Source of the DNA: Planctomycetota bacterium | GTDB taxonomy: Bacteria > Planctomycetota > UBA1135 > UBA2386 | Reading direction: 5' to 3' | Assembly: GCA_046290465.1 (NCBI GenBank) | Contig: JBKAGP010000001.1 | Coordinates: 3,328,001 to 3,392,000 of the forward strand | Length of the DNA: 64,000 nt | Shown: one piece after another, positions 42,195-53,144 of the stretch | Layout of the letters: each line of letters starts with the position of its first letter | Numbering within the stretch: the stretch's first letter is position 1 | Program-made: the position numbers and the translations under genes | Notes under the pieces: model-generated | What the model was told of the DNA's origin: nothing | Databases searched by the model: none | What the model saw: the letters and a program-made list of their open reading frames with translations, nothing else

Positions 42195-44138
42195 TCAGTC
42201 CTCTTCCTTCCAGCGGTTGTTCGACCGCTTGATGTCCGGCAGCATGCCCTCCGGATCGATGCGGACCGCGACCACGTCGAGCTCGCTCCGCACCGTGTGC
42301 GTGATCCGGTTGGACTTCGACCACGCCTCGACCGGCAGGCGCACGATCTCCTTGCTGTCGTCCTCGAACGTCACCTCGAACGTCAGCGGCATCACCATGC
42401 GTTCGTTGTTGACGAACGTGATGCGCGCGCCGCGGCTGCCGTTGCGCACGCCATCGACGCCGATGTCGAGCATCGCGTCCTCGAGGAACCAACCGCGCCA
42501 GAACCACGCCAGGTCCATGCCGGCGGCGTCCTCCATGGTGCGGAAGAAGTCGGCCGGCCGCGGCGACTTGAACGCCCAGCGACGGATGTAGGTGCGGAAC
42601 GCGAAGTCGAAGCGCTCCGGACCGAGCACGTACTCGCGCAGCACCTGCAGCGCGACGCCGGTCTTCTGGTATTCGAGCACCCCCAGCTGCAGGCCGTTGA
42701 GGCGGTCGGCCTGCGTCACCACCGGCACGCCCGGCATGCGCATCATGCCGGCGAACGACGACGGCTTGGCCGGCCTGTTGTTGCGCGTGAACCAGTCCGC
42801 CGTCGAGTACATGTTGATGAAGGTGTTGAAGCCCTCGTCCATCCACGCGTGGCGGCGCTCGTCGGTGTTGACCATCATCGGGAACCAGTTGTGCCCGATC
42901 TCGTGCGTCGTGACGTCGTAGAGGCCGCGATCGTTGCGGCGGTTGCGGCCGCTGCAGAACACGATCATCGGGTACTCCATGCCGCCCTCGATGCCGGCGA
43001 CGTTGGTCGCGACCGGGTACGGATACGGATACAGCCGTTCGTTGTAGCCCTTGATCGCGGCGCACAGCATCGCGGTCGACTTGCCCCACACCGGCAGCGA
43101 GTCCTCGGCATAGACCGACTGCACCAGCGTGTCGCCGACCGAGGCCGCGTCCTGGATGAAGGCCTCGCTGCTGGCCCAGGCCACCGTGCGCACGTTCTTG
43201 CTGTGGAAGCGCCAAGTCAGCGGGCCGTCGCCGGCCGGCCGACTGTCCTGCTGGCCGACCTCCTCCTGGCTACGGATCATCACCGGCTCGGCGCTCTGCC
43301 GCGCCTTCTGCAGCCGCGCCCGCTGCTCCGCCGTGTAGACCTCGTCCTCGTTCTGCAGCACCCCGGTCGCGACGACGATGTGGTCGCGCGGCGCCGTGAT
43401 GTTGAGCTGGTAGTCGCCGAAGTTGGTGTAGAACTCGCCGGTGCCGAGGTACGGCAGCGTGTTCCAGCCGTGCACGTCGTCGTAGACGGCGACCGCCGGG
43501 AACCACTGCGCCAGCTCCCAGACGACGCCCTTGCGCACCTCCATGGTGCCGTAGCGACGAAACACCTGCTGCGGCACGTCGAAGTCCCATGCGATGTCGA
43601 ACTCGAACGTCCCGCCCGGCTGCAGCGGCGCCGGCAGGTGCACGCGCATCATCGTGTCGTAGACGTGGTGTTCGAGCGCGTTGCCCGATGACGAGACCTC
43701 GGCGACGGTGACGCCGTCGTTGTGCTCGATCGGGCCGCCCATCGCGGACGCCCCCTCGGTCAGCGAGCCGATGCTGTCCTCCTTGAGCACGTTCTGCTCG
43801 AGGTGCACCCACAGGTAGTCGAGCGGGTCCGGCGAGTTGTTGTGGTAGGTGACGTGTTCGCGACCGCGGATCGTGCGGGTCTCGGTCAGCAGCGTCACGT
43901 CGATGACGTAGTCGACCTGCTGCTGCCAGTAGTCCGGGCCGGGCGCGCCAGAACCGGTGCGCATGCGGTTGGGCGACGGCAGATCCAGCGGGCTGAAGAT
44001 CGTGTGGTCGGGCCGCACGCCGGGCGCGCGCGCATATTCGTCACGGCGCTGCGCCGTCAGGTCGACGGCCAGGTTGCAGGTCAGCAGGGCGAGGGATGCG
44101 AAGGCGAGGCTTCGCCGCACGAGATGCGTGGCTTCCAT
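42195..44138 (-). CDS. M1 family metallopeptidase
   Basis: GGMEYP, HEIGH...WMDEG; signal peptide. Confidence 0.92.
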   Translation of the reverse strand: MEATHLVRRSLAFASLALLTCNLAVDLTAQRRDEYARAPGVRPDHTIFSPLDLPSPNRMRTGSGAPGPDYWQQQVDYVIDVTLLTETRTIRGREHVTYHNNSPDPLDYLWVHLEQNVLKEDSIGSLTEGASAMGGPIEHNDGVTVAEVSSSGNALEHHVYDTMMRVHLPAPLQPGGTFEFDIAWDFDVPQQVFRRYGTMEVRKGVVWELAQWFPAVAVYDDVHGWNTLPYLGTGEFYTNFGDYQLNITAPRDHIVVATGVLQNEDEVYTAEQRARLQKARQSAEPVMIRSQEEVGQQDSRPAGDGPLTWRFHSKNVRTVAWASSEAFIQDAASVGDTLVQSVYAEDSLPVWGKSTAMLCAAIKGYNERLYPYPYPVATNVAGIEGGMEYPMIVFCSGRNRRNDRGLYDVTTHEIGHNWFPMMVNTDERRHAWMDEGFNTFINMYSTADWFTRNNRPAKPSSFAGMMRMPGVPVVTQADRLNGLQLGVLEYQKTGVALQVLREYVLGPERFDFAFRTYIRRWAFKSPRPADFFRTMEDAAGMDLAWFWRGWFLEDAMLDIGVDGVRNGSRGARITFVNNERMVMPLTFEVTFEDDSKEIVRLPVEAWSKSNRITHTVRSELDVVAVRIDPEGMLPDIKRSNNRWKEED

Positions 44139-44230
44139 ACGGTTCGGGATCGGTTCGCGCCCAGTAGACGACCGCGCGCCGAGCCTTTCATGCCGATTTG
44201 GAAGGCCGCCCCGGTCGCGCGGCCAGGACG

Positions 44231-47152
44231 CTACTTCCCGCCCGGGTTGGCCGCGGCGCGGGCCTGGCGCTGAGCGACCTCCTGCATCGCCAGCTGCAGC
44301 CGCTGCGCGTCCGGCTGGACCTCGACGACGACCGGCGGGCCACCGGCGACGACCTCGACGTCGACCGCACCCAGTTCGACCTCGACGAGGCCCCCGCGCC
44401 CCTTGTCCCCGAGGTAGGCCTTGATCGCGTAGCGACCGTTGGTCAGCGGGCTGACCGCCGCGCGCTCGTCGGCGCCGAGCCGCCCGAAGCTGGACGACAT
44501 GCGACGGAAGCCACGCGTGCTGCGGCCGCCGCGGCCGTCCACCGACGCCAGCTCGAGCGCCTGGACCAGCCGCATACCGATCCACGCGTTGGTGCTGCCG
44601 ATGATCGACCGCATGCCCGGCGCGTGCAGGCTCAGCGGCGGCACCCGCGAGAACCGGACCTCGCTGCGACCGGCGTTCAGCACCCGGCTGGCCGCGCGGA
44701 AGCCGGGCGCCACCGGCCGCACCTCGAGGGTCGGCTGCGAGTTGACGATCTCGGCCCGGCCGCGACGCCACGAGAAGCCGACGAACTGCGAGGAGCCGTC
44801 CGTCCGCGTGATGCGCGCCAGCAGCGGCGTCTTGGGGTTGAGGCGCTGGCCGCCGTCATCGAACGCGAACACCTCGAAGCGATACAGGTATCGCGTCAGG
44901 TCGAGATCGCGCAGGCGTGGGTGCGGATCGTGGTCGCCGGGACGGACCTGCAGGTTGTCGATGCGCAAGAACGGCTCGGGGAACTCCTGGATGCGCAGCG
45001 ACAGGCTGTAGAGCCCGGGACGCACCCAGTCGAAGTGGATGTACTTCTTGCCGCGGTAGTCGGCGATCTGGCCGTTCTTGTCGAGGCTGCGGTCGCCGAG
45101 GGACCGCAGCTCGACCTTGACGCGCCGGCTCGGCAGCCACTCCGGCAACGTCACCGTGCCGACCAGCCGCGCCTTGCGCATCATTCGCACCTCGGTGCCG
45201 TGCACCGGGTTGATCGACACGGTCTCTTCCGGGAAGTGCCCGTCGGCGCGCACGCGCAGCCGGTAGCGCGCCGCCTCGACATCGCCGAACACGTGGAAGT
45301 CGCCGTGCTCGTCGCTGCGCGCGTCGGTGAACGCCTCGTCCTGGAAGCGCAGCCGCTCGCCGTTGCGACCCGACGGCCGTTCGCGCTGCAGCTGCACGTG
45401 GGCGCCCGCGATCGGCTCGCCGAGGTCGTTGACGATCCGACCGAAAGCGACCCGGTCGAGCACGCCGATCTGCAGGTCGCCGACGTCGGTGATGCCCTCC
45501 GCCGGCAGCGCCGGCAGCGTGCGCGCGAGACCGGGCACCTGCAGGTGCTCCTCCTGACGGACCTGGAACCGGAACGGCGCCTGGTGGCTGCCGCGCACGT
45601 TGTAGGGCAGGTGGAAGCGGCCCTCGCCGTCGAGCAGCACTTCCTCGCCCTCGAGACGACCGCGCGCGCTGTTGATCAAGAACGTCATCTCACGGCCGCC
45701 CAGCGCCAGCCCCGCCTCGTCGAGCACGCGGCCGTAGAGCATCGCCGCGCCGGGCGCGACCACCAGGTCGATCGTCTTGCGTTCGCCAGCGCGCTCGGGT
45801 CCGACGAACACCGGCGACCGCCAGCGGAAGTCGTCGTCGTCGAGACGGCAGTCGGCCAGGAACTGCATGCCGAGGCCGACGTGCTCGAACACGATCTCGC
45901 GCTCGTCCTGCTCCTTGCGCAGCGGCACGCGCGTCCACGCCGGATTGCGCCCGTCCTGGATGCGCAGGCTGCCGCGCACCGGATGCGTGTACGGGCGGCC
46001 GTCGCGATCGACCGTGCGCAGCGCGACGATGCCGGTCGGCGGCATCTCGAGCACGATCGCCTCCTCGGGCATCGGCCGACCGACGAACGGCTCGCGCACC
46101 GGCGCCGACAGCGGCACCATCAACACCGCATCGAAGCGGTCGCGGTGCTTCTTCGGCCACCACTTCTCTTGGCGGTGGCGCTCGAACTGGAAGTGCCGGA
46201 ACACCGCGTAGCCGCGCGCGTCGGTCCGCCTCTGCGCCTTGATCTCGTAGTGCGTGTCGACCAGCGGCTCGGCCGCGGCCTTCTTGTTGACCTGCTTGCC
46301 CTTCGCGAGCCGGCTCGCCGCCTGCGATCGCCGCTTCTCGCCGGCCTGCTTGACGCGCGCCACGGTCTTCTGCGCCTCGGCGAGGCGCCGTTCGTACCAG
46401 GCCATGCGCCCTTGCAGCTGCTGCGCACGCGCCGGATCGCGGCCGATCTGCGCCTTGGTCTGCTCGATCCGCTGCCGCATCTCCTCGAGGTCGCGGAAGG
46501 CACGCTTGGCATCGACACGCTCGACGACCCGCTGCTGCACGCCGACCGGCACGTTGGCGACCGGACGACCCCGACCGTCGACGACCCGCACGGTGACCGA
46601 CTCGTCGGCCCGCAGCGTGATCTCCTCGCGCTCCCGATGCCGCTGGTCCAGCACGCGGAAGCCGACCGCACCCGGCAGCTGCGCGGCCACCAGCGCGCGC
46701 TTCGTCAGCCGCGGCAGCTCGACCCGCCCTTCGGTCGTGGCCTTGAACCGGCGGCCCTTCTCGATCGCCAGCTCGCAGCGATGCGGCGCGAACGGATCGC
46801 GCAGCTCCGGGCCCTCGTAGCCCTCGAGCACGAACACGTCGGCCTCCGGCGCGACCTCGCCGCGCTTGCGGTCCCAGACCTGCAGCACCAGCCTCGGCGC
46901 TACGTCGGCCGTCAGCACGAACTCGCTGCGCTCGGGCTGCTCGGTGTCCGCGTCGAAGCCGGCGTCGACGAGTTCGGCCTCGGCCTGCCACGCCTCGACC
47001 TCGGCCGTCGGGTCGACGTCCGACCCCGGGCCGAACGGCTCGTCGGCGAGCGGCGCCGGCGGCGGTGCGGTCCCGCCGCCGAGCCACGCGAACAGGCCGC
47101 CGGCCATGGCCAGCGCAGCGAGCAGCGATACCAGGATGGACGTCTTGTTCAT
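44231..47152 (-). CDS. Large membrane-anchored hypothetical protein with carboxypeptidase-regulatory-like beta-sandwich repeats
   Basis: N-terminal TM; repeated 'VRVVDGRGRPV', 'GRVLDEAG' and 'GRIVNDLGEPIAGA...SDEHGDF' motifs; coiled-coil insert. Confidence 0.7.
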   Translation of the reverse strand: MNKTSILVSLLAALAMAGGLFAWLGGGTAPPPAPLADEPFGPGSDVDPTAEVEAWQAEAELVDAGFDADTEQPERSEFVLTADVAPRLVLQVWDRKRGEVAPEADVFVLEGYEGPELRDPFAPHRCELAIEKGRRFKATTEGRVELPRLTKRALVAAQLPGAVGFRVLDQRHREREEITLRADESVTVRVVDGRGRPVANVPVGVQQRVVERVDAKRAFRDLEEMRQRIEQTKAQIGRDPARAQQLQGRMAWYERRLAEAQKTVARVKQAGEKRRSQAASRLAKGKQVNKKAAAEPLVDTHYEIKAQRRTDARGYAVFRHFQFERHRQEKWWPKKHRDRFDAVLMVPLSAPVREPFVGRPMPEEAIVLEMPPTGIVALRTVDRDGRPYTHPVRGSLRIQDGRNPAWTRVPLRKEQDEREIVFEHVGLGMQFLADCRLDDDDFRWRSPVFVGPERAGERKTIDLVVAPGAAMLYGRVLDEAGLALGGREMTFLINSARGRLEGEEVLLDGEGRFHLPYNVRGSHQAPFRFQVRQEEHLQVPGLARTLPALPAEGITDVGDLQIGVLDRVAFGRIVNDLGEPIAGAHVQLQRERPSGRNGERLRFQDEAFTDARSDEHGDFHVFGDVEAARYRLRVRADGHFPEETVSINPVHGTEVRMMRKARLVGTVTLPEWLPSRRVKVELRSLGDRSLDKNGQIADYRGKKYIHFDWVRPGLYSLSLRIQEFPEPFLRIDNLQVRPGDHDPHPRLRDLDLTRYLYRFEVFAFDDGGQRLNPKTPLLARITRTDGSSQFVGFSWRRGRAEIVNSQPTLEVRPVAPGFRAASRVLNAGRSEVRFSRVPPLSLHAPGMRSIIGSTNAWIGMRLVQALELASVDGRGGRSTRGFRRMSSSFGRLGADERAAVSPLTNGRYAIKAYLGDKGRGGLVEVELGAVDVEVVAGGPPVVVEVQPDAQRLQLAMQEVAQRQARAAANPGGK

Positions 47153-47246
47153 CGCGAGGCCGACATGCTAGGACGGCCACCGCGAGGCACGACCGCCGCC
47201 GCGCGTCCCAGACATACTTGGGACGCGACCGCCGTCGCGACGACGC

Positions 47247-47633
47247 TCAGCGCGGCTCGATCGGAACGACCTCGAGCACCTGGATACCCCCTTGGGACCG
47301 CTGCTGCACGGCCAGCCCCTTCACGTAGAGCATCGTCTGCACGAAGTCGCCGACCTCGCCCTTCTTGCACTTCATCGTGCCGACCCACGAGATCTCGACG
47401 TCGTCGGCCACGCGGCGGTCGTAGGTGTAGACGTTGCCGGTGACCTGCTGCGCCCACTCGAGGAAGTCGCCGACCTGCATCGGCTGCTCGCAGGAGAACG
47501 TCAACTCGTCCGCGTCGACCGCCCACACCGGCGGATCTTGTTGCGTGGCATCGACCTTCGTCGAGGCGCATCCAGAGACGAGCAGGCTGCCGCCGAACAG
47601 CAGCAGCGAGAGGACCGGCTTGGGAGCGTTCAT
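47247..47633 (-). CDS. Small lipoprotein, possibly secretin N0-domain-like
   Basis: Lipobox LLVSGC; DFLEWAQQVTG...YD...VQTMLYVKGLAV pattern. Confidence 0.6.
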   Translation of the reverse strand: MNAPKPVLSLLLFGGSLLVSGCASTKVDATQQDPPVWAVDADELTFSCEQPMQVGDFLEWAQQVTGNVYTYDRRVADDVEISWVGTMKCKKGEVGDFVQTMLYVKGLAVQQRSQGGIQVLEVVPIEPR

Positions 47634-47956
47634 GGCGCCGGTCAGACCCTCGACGGTGCGCGGTATTCCCTGCAAGCACGCGAACGCCATTGGAACAACC
47701 GAGCCGTTCTCGGTGGGGAGCCGCCGAAAACGCACGTTGTGCGCGACGCCGCGGGGAGCGCGGCACCACCGGGCAACGCGAGGGTCGCAGCCCGGTGAGA
47801 TACGCAGTGAGTAGGATCGCAGCCGGCGTCGTCGTCCGACGGCCCGGCTGCGGTTCTGTATGGCTGCGGTTCTGTACGGCGGCGGCTCTCTACGAGCGGC
47901 TGGCACGGCGTTCGTCGTGGGCACTCCCGGCACGCGCGGCTACGCTCGACGCGCCG

Positions 47957-48829
47957 ATGCGCTACCAAGGCAAGATCTATCGCCCGCCGAGCGAAGCCGA
48001 CTCGTACATCCTCCAGGCGACGATCGGGTGCAGCTGGAACAAGTGCACCTATTGCGACATGTATCGCGAGAAGCAGTTCGTGGTGCGGCCGCTGGACGAG
48101 ACGCTCGAGGACGTCGCCGCCGCCGGCGAAGCGCTCGGCGCGCAGGTGCAGAAGGTGTTCGTGGCCGACGGCGACGCGCTGGTCCTCGACATGGCACACT
48201 GGCGCGCGATCCTGGCCGCGTGCCGCGACGCGTTCCCTTCGCTGCGGCGGGTCTCGTGCTACGCGATGGCGAGCAACGTGCTCGACAAGGGCGAAGCCGA
48301 GCTGCGCGAACTGCGCGAACTCGGCCTCGAGCTGCTCTACATCGGCCCCGAGAGCGGCGACGACGCGACCCTCAAGCGCATCGCCAAGGGCAGCACCGCC
48401 GCCGAGCACGTCGCCGCTGCGCAGCGCGCCCACGCGGCCGGCATGAAGCTGTCGGTGATCTTCCTGCTCGGCGCCGGCGGCGTCGAGCGCAGCGAGCAAC
48501 ACGCCCGCGGCTCGGCCGAACTCGCCACCGCGATGGACCCGCGCTTCCTGTCGGCGTTGACGCTGACCGTCGTGCCCGACACGCCGATCGCACGCGCCGA
48601 GCAGAAGGGCCTGTTCGAGATGCCGGACATCCCGACCACGCTGCGCGAACTGCGCACGCTGGTCGCCGAGGCCGCCCCGACGGACGCCATCTTCCGCACC
48701 AACCACGCCTCCAACCGCCTGCCGATCTCCGGACGCCTGCCGCGCGACCGCGACGCCATCGTGCAGGCGATCGACGCCGCCCTCGACGGCCAGGTCCCCC
48801 TGCGCCCCGAATGGATGCGCGGCCTCTGA
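47957..48829 (+). CDS. Radical SAM protein
   Basis: IYRPPSEA, CSWNKCTYC (CxxxCxxC), ADGDAL, IGPESG, FRTNHASN. Confidence 0.92.
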   Translation: MRYQGKIYRPPSEADSYILQATIGCSWNKCTYCDMYREKQFVVRPLDETLEDVAAAGEALGAQVQKVFVADGDALVLDMAHWRAILAACRDAFPSLRRVSCYAMASNVLDKGEAELRELRELGLELLYIGPESGDDATLKRIAKGSTAAEHVAAAQRAHAAGMKLSVIFLLGAGGVERSEQHARGSAELATAMDPRFLSALTLTVVPDTPIARAEQKGLFEMPDIPTTLRELRTLVAEAAPTDAIFRTNHASNRLPISGRLPRDRDAIVQAIDAALDGQVPLRPEWMRGL

Positions 48830-48924
48830 CCACCGCATACCGAACCTGGTTCATCCTGCGCCACTTGTCGCGCGCATGCGCGCGACAAGTGGCGCATGAT
48901 GAACCAGGTTCGGTATGCGGTGGT
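48829..48924. repeat. 96-bp loopless palindrome (48-bp arms, one mismatch)
   Basis: ACCACCGCATACCGAACCTGGTTCATCCTGCGCCACTTGTCGCGCGCA|TGCGCGCGACAAGTGGCGCATGATGAACCAGGTTCGGTATGCGGTGGT, between convergent genes. Confidence 0.95.
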
Positions 48925-48935
48925 TGCGGGAACGG

Positions 48936-49403
48936 TCACGACAGCGCGTCGTCGACCAGCGTCTCGTCGAGGGTGCCGTGTGCCTCGAGCATGTCGGCGA
49001 TCCGGCAGACGTGTTCCCAGGCGGTGTCGGTGGTCAATTCGAAGCGGGTTTCCGCGAGCCAGCCGCGCAGCACCGCGTCGCGTTCGTCGACGGCGAAGAC
49101 CGCGAGCGCGCGCTCGACCTCGAGCCAGTCGGCGCGCCAGGCGGTCAACGCGTCCAGCAGGTCGGCGCTGCCGCGCCAGTGCGCCTCGGCGATCGGGCCG
49201 GCCAGCGCCACCATTGCCGAACGGCGCGCGTGCTCGAGCGGCGCGGTGCGCGGCCACTCGACCGCGGTGTGGCCCATCCAGTCCTGCTCTTCAGTCTCGA
49301 TGCTCGCGGCGACGACCCGGCCACCGAGCAGGTGCGCCATCAGCACGTGGCCTGCCTCGTGGTAGGAAGCGGTCACCGGGTCGAGGTCGTCGGGATCGAA
49401 CAT
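48936..49403 (-). CDS. Small HExxH metallopeptidase-like protein (M41/M50B-like)
   Basis: SYHEAGH, ALAGPIAE, ADW. Confidence 0.75.
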   Translation of the reverse strand: MFDPDDLDPVTASYHEAGHVLMAHLLGGRVVAASIETEEQDWMGHTAVEWPRTAPLEHARRSAMVALAGPIAEAHWRGSADLLDALTAWRADWLEVERALAVFAVDERDAVLRGWLAETRFELTTDTAWEHVCRIADMLEAHGTLDETLVDDALS

Positions 49404-49579
49404 CGCGCCTGGGACAACGGTGCCACAACTGCCCGGCGCATACGAAAGTTCCCCGCGGCGTCCCCGGAAATGCGTCGCCGATTCGCCCGTCGCATCGTAG
49501 GAAACCGCCGCCGGTAGCTACGCCTTTCGCCTAGACTCCCAGCCATCTTCCGACCCCCCATCCAAAAAGGATCCGAATC

Positions 49580-50107
49580 ATGATGAAGTCCGTCCTCGCG
49601 TTCGCCGCCGCCGCCCTGCTCACCTGCGGCCTCCAAGCCCAAGTCTCGGGCAGCATCAACCGCGGCGCCGCCAAGGTGACCAACTCGATCGAGATGGGCG
49701 GCAACAAGCTGTCCGTCAACTACACCGCGCTGCGCTTCGGCGAAGGCCAGTGGCAGAAGATCAAGGACGCCGCCGACCGCCACGATGGCTTCAACCAGTT
49801 CGCCGAGAAGCGCCCGGTCGGCACCGTCGAGACGTCGGTCGACCTGATGGCCGCCGGCAAGAAGGTCGCCGCCGGCAAGTACTCGATGTACTTCACGGTC
49901 AACGAGAACGCCGGCTGGATCCTCAACCTGAAGCCGGAGAAGGGCGACGCGATCCGCTGGCGCATGGTCCTCTCGGACGCGCCGAAGGAAGCCAAGTGCC
50001 TGAAGATCGCGCTCGAGCCGTCGGCCGAGAACGGCATGTGCTCGCTGCACATCGCGTTCGGCAAGCAGCACGTGGCCGTGCCGGTCAAGGCCGCGAAGAA
50101 GAAGTAG
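49580..50107 (+). CDS. Secreted DUF2911-like protein
   Basis: Signal peptide; KKVAAGKYSMY...WILNL pattern. Confidence 0.7.
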   Translation: MMKSVLAFAAAALLTCGLQAQVSGSINRGAAKVTNSIEMGGNKLSVNYTALRFGEGQWQKIKDAADRHDGFNQFAEKRPVGTVETSVDLMAAGKKVAAGKYSMYFTVNENAGWILNLKPEKGDAIRWRMVLSDAPKEAKCLKIALEPSAENGMCSLHIAFGKQHVAVPVKAAKKK

Positions 50108-50168
50108 TCGGTCGAACGACCGCAGGCCCGCCGCGCCGCTCTCGCGGCTGCTGGCGGGCCACCACCGC

Positions 50169-51116
50169 ATGCTTCGGTTCGACCATCACGATTCGGTCTG
50201 GAACCGCGCGGTGCGCGCCGACGAGCACGGCGACCCGTTCTGTTGCCGCACCGAGTGGCAGCTCTCGTTCCACGAGACGTTCGCGCCGCACCGCGACGTG
50301 CACGTGCGCGCCAGCGACGACAGCGTGATCGCGTTCGCCGAACGGGATGCCGGCGAGGTCACGGCGCTCGAACCGATCGACTGCAACTGGCTGTTCGGAT
50401 CGCCGCTGCTCGGCCCGGACGCGGTGCCGCTGCTGGTCGAACTGATGGCTTCGATGCCGCAGAGCCCGGTGCTGGTCGCCGGCCTGTTGCCGGACGGCGA
50501 ACGGCTGGCCGAGCTGATCCGCGTGTTCGCGCACCGCTGCGAACTGCTCCGCGTCGCGACCGAGACCACCTGCATCGCGTCGCTCGACGGCGGCTTCGAC
50601 GGCTACCTGTCGCGGCGGTCGGCCAAGCTGCGCCGCGGCGTGCGCAGCGCCGCCCGGCGCGCGGCAGCGATGGGCGTGACGTTCGAGCGGCACGCGCCGA
50701 CGAGCATCGAGCACGCCGACGCCGTCTACCGACGCATCCTCGACGTCGAGCTGCGCAGCTGGAAGGGCATCGGTCGATGCGGCATGGCCGAGCCGCCCTC
50801 GAGCGACTTCTACCGGGTGATGCTGCGGCGCCTGTGTCCGGCGCGCGGCGGTCGCGTGATGTTCGCGCGGCACGACGACGAGGACATCGGCTTCATCCTC
50901 GGCTGCGTCGGCAGCGGCGTCTACCGCGGCCAGCAGTTCAGCTTCGTCGACGACTGGCGGCCGCACTCGATCGGCAACCTGCTGCAGTTCGAACAGATCC
51001 GCTGGCTCTGCGAGGACGGCGTGCCGCGCTACGACATGGGGCCGCTGATGGACTACAAGCCGCACTGGACCGAACGCCAACAGCGCTTCGACGCCGTGGT
51101 GCTGCGACCGGCCTGA
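50169..51116 (+). CDS. GNAT family acetyltransferase (CelD/BcsL-like)
   Basis: FDGYLSRRSAKLRR, ELRSWKG, SIGNLL, YDMG...YKPHW. Confidence 0.8.
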   Translation: MLRFDHHDSVWNRAVRADEHGDPFCCRTEWQLSFHETFAPHRDVHVRASDDSVIAFAERDAGEVTALEPIDCNWLFGSPLLGPDAVPLLVELMASMPQSPVLVAGLLPDGERLAELIRVFAHRCELLRVATETTCIASLDGGFDGYLSRRSAKLRRGVRSAARRAAAMGVTFERHAPTSIEHADAVYRRILDVELRSWKGIGRCGMAEPPSSDFYRVMLRRLCPARGGRVMFARHDDEDIGFILGCVGSGVYRGQQFSFVDDWRPHSIGNLLQFEQIRWLCEDGVPRYDMGPLMDYKPHWTERQQRFDAVVLRPA

Positions 51117-51161
51117 CCGGCGCGGACCGCTGGCCGGAGAGGACTCGTCGCGGAACCGATC

Positions 51162-52610
51162 CTACGGACCGCGTTTTCGGCCGGGGAGTTCGGTTGCGGG
51201 GATGGAAGGGTAGGGGCGGGGAAGCTGGGCGCCGACGTCGTGCAGCCAGGTCTCGAGGGCGCGGCGCATCGAGTCGGCGTCGGCGGGACGGTCGGCGATC
51301 AGGTTGGTGCGCTCGCCGAGGTCGGTGGCGAGGTCGTAGAGCTCGTGCCGGTCGTCGTCGTAGTGGTGGATGTACTTGAGGCTGCCGCGGCGGATGACCG
51401 AGCCGAGGTGGTTCTTGCCGTGGTAGGCGTAGTGCGGGTAGTGCACGTGGATCGCGTCGCGCTCTGGCACCTCGCCGGTCGCGAGCAGCGGCAGCAGGCT
51501 GACGCCGTCGAACGACCCCGCTTCGAACGGCACACCGGCCGCTTCGAGGAACGTCGGCGCGAAGTCCATCGAGATCGCCGGCGTCGCCTCGACCGCGCCC
51601 GAGCGCACCCGACCCGGCCAGCGCACGATCATCGGCACCCGGATGCCGCCCTCGTAGAGGTAGCCCTTGGCCGCGCGCAGCGGATCGGCGACCGACGCGC
51701 CCGGCATCTGGCCGTTGTCCGACGTGAACACGACCAGCGTCTCGTCGGCGATGCCCTGGCGGTCGAGTTCGGCGAGCACCCGACCGACGGCGCGGTCCAT
51801 GCCCTCGACCATCGCGCGGTAACGCGTCGGCATGTCCGGCTCGGCCTCGTCGCTGTAGTTCTTCAGCAGCTCGGGCGTCGCCTCGATCGGGTAGTGCACC
51901 GTGTAGGTCCACAGGCACAGGAAGAACGGCTGCCCCTCGGCGCGCGGCGCCGCGACGAAGTCGACGGCCTCCTGCGCCAGCAGGTCCGGCAGGTAGTCCC
52001 CCTCGACCCCCTTCTGGTAGTTGGGCATGCGGATCGGCGCGTGGAACGTGCCCGGCCCGCCCATCGCATTGCCCGCGACGTTGACGTCGAAGCCGTAGCT
52101 CTCCGGGAAGAGCGACGCGTCCGTCGTCCGCCAGTCCGGCCCCGCCAGGTGCCACTTGCCGACGAACCCGGTCCGGTAGCCCGCCGCGCGCAGCCGCTGC
52201 GCGATCGTCGGGTGCGACTTGTCGAGCACGTGCTTCGAACGCGCCGGCCCCCACTCGCGGCCGCGCCGCGGCTCGTCGCCGCGCTTCGGCGCGTCGTAGA
52301 AGCTCCAGCGGTCCGGGATGTGGTTGGTCACCTGCAACCGCGCCGGCGCCAGCCCGGTGATGCAGGCCGCGCGCGTCGGCGAGCAGACCGGCGCCGCGGC
52401 GTAGAAATCGGTGAACCGCGTGCCCTCGGCCGCCAGCCGGTCGATGTTGGGCGTCACGAACTGCGGGCTGCCCTGCACGTGCAGGTCCTTCCAGCCGAGA
52501 TCGTCGATCATCACGAACAGGATGTTCGGGAGCTTCGGGAGCTTCGGCGGCGCATCGGGCGCAACGGCACAGGCGGATGACAACAGCACGACGAGGAGCA
52601 GAACGCGCAT
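51162..52610 (-). CDS. Sulfatase (possible lipoprotein)
   Basis: [31 protein letters not shown] lipobox-like. Confidence 0.92.
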   Translation of the reverse strand: MRVLLLVVLLSSACAVAPDAPPKLPKLPNILFVMIDDLGWKDLHVQGSPQFVTPNIDRLAAEGTRFTDFYAAAPVCSPTRAACITGLAPARLQVTNHIPDRWSFYDAPKRGDEPRRGREWGPARSKHVLDKSHPTIAQRLRAAGYRTGFVGKWHLAGPDWRTTDASLFPESYGFDVNVAGNAMGGPGTFHAPIRMPNYQKGVEGDYLPDLLAQEAVDFVAAPRAEGQPFFLCLWTYTVHYPIEATPELLKNYSDEAEPDMPTRYRAMVEGMDRAVGRVLAELDRQGIADETLVVFTSDNGQMPGASVADPLRAAKGYLYEGGIRVPMIVRWPGRVRSGAVEATPAISMDFAPTFLEAAGVPFEAGSFDGVSLLPLLATGEVPERDAIHVHYPHYAYHGKNHLGSVIRRGSLKYIHHYDDDRHELYDLATDLGERTNLIADRPADADSMRRALETWLHDVGAQLPRPYPSIPATELPGRKRGP

Positions 52611-52634
52611 CCGGCGCAGTATAGGCTTGCTGCC

Positions 52635-53144
52635 ATGAACCCCCGCCCGTTGCTCGCGGTGCTCGCCGCCGCTCTCTGCGCTCTGACCTCGTGCGGCAGC
52701 TTCGACGCCGCCGACCAGCCGCGCGATCCGATGTTCCCGCCGATCCGCTCGCAGCTGCCGCTCGGCACGTTCTCGGTCAGCCTGTCGGTCAAGGACCTGG
52801 CCCGGTCGCGCGCGTTCTACGAGAAGCTCGGCTTCGAGGCGCTCGGCGGCGATCCAGCCGGCGGCTGGCAGATCCTGCGCAACGGCACGACCACGATCGG
52901 CCTGTTCCAGGGCATGTTCGAAGGCAACCTGCTGACCTTCAACCCGGGCTGGTCGATCGACGGCAAGCACCCCAGGCAGTTTCCCGACGTGCGCGAGATC
53001 CAGGCCAAGCTCGACAACGACGGCATCCCGCTGACGACGCGCGCCGAGCCGACCGGCAGCGGTCCGGCGAGCATCACGCTGACCGATCCGGACGGCAACG
53101 TCATCCTGATCGACCAGCACGTGCCCGCCCCGCGGCTGCGCTAG
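52635..53144 (+). CDS. VOC/glyoxalase family protein
   Basis: [42 protein letters not shown]. Confidence 0.88.
   Translation: MNPRPLLAVLAAALCALTSCGSFDAADQPRDPMFPPIRSQLPLGTFSVSLSVKDLARSRAFYEKLGFEALGGDPAGGWQILRNGTTTIGLFQGMFEGNLLTFNPGWSIDGKHPRQFPDVREIQAKLDNDGIPLTTRAEPTGSGPASITLTDPDGNVILIDQHVPAPRLR

Noticed and set aside
47957..49403. Radical SAM plus peptidase as a RiPP cluster
   Set aside because: The genes are convergent, with no precursor peptide, SPASM/RRE domain or transporter.
52525..52550. Duplicated GGGAGCTTC unit (PKLPKLP) in the sulfatase linker
   Set aside because: Two-copy in-frame micro-duplication in a linker with no evident significance.
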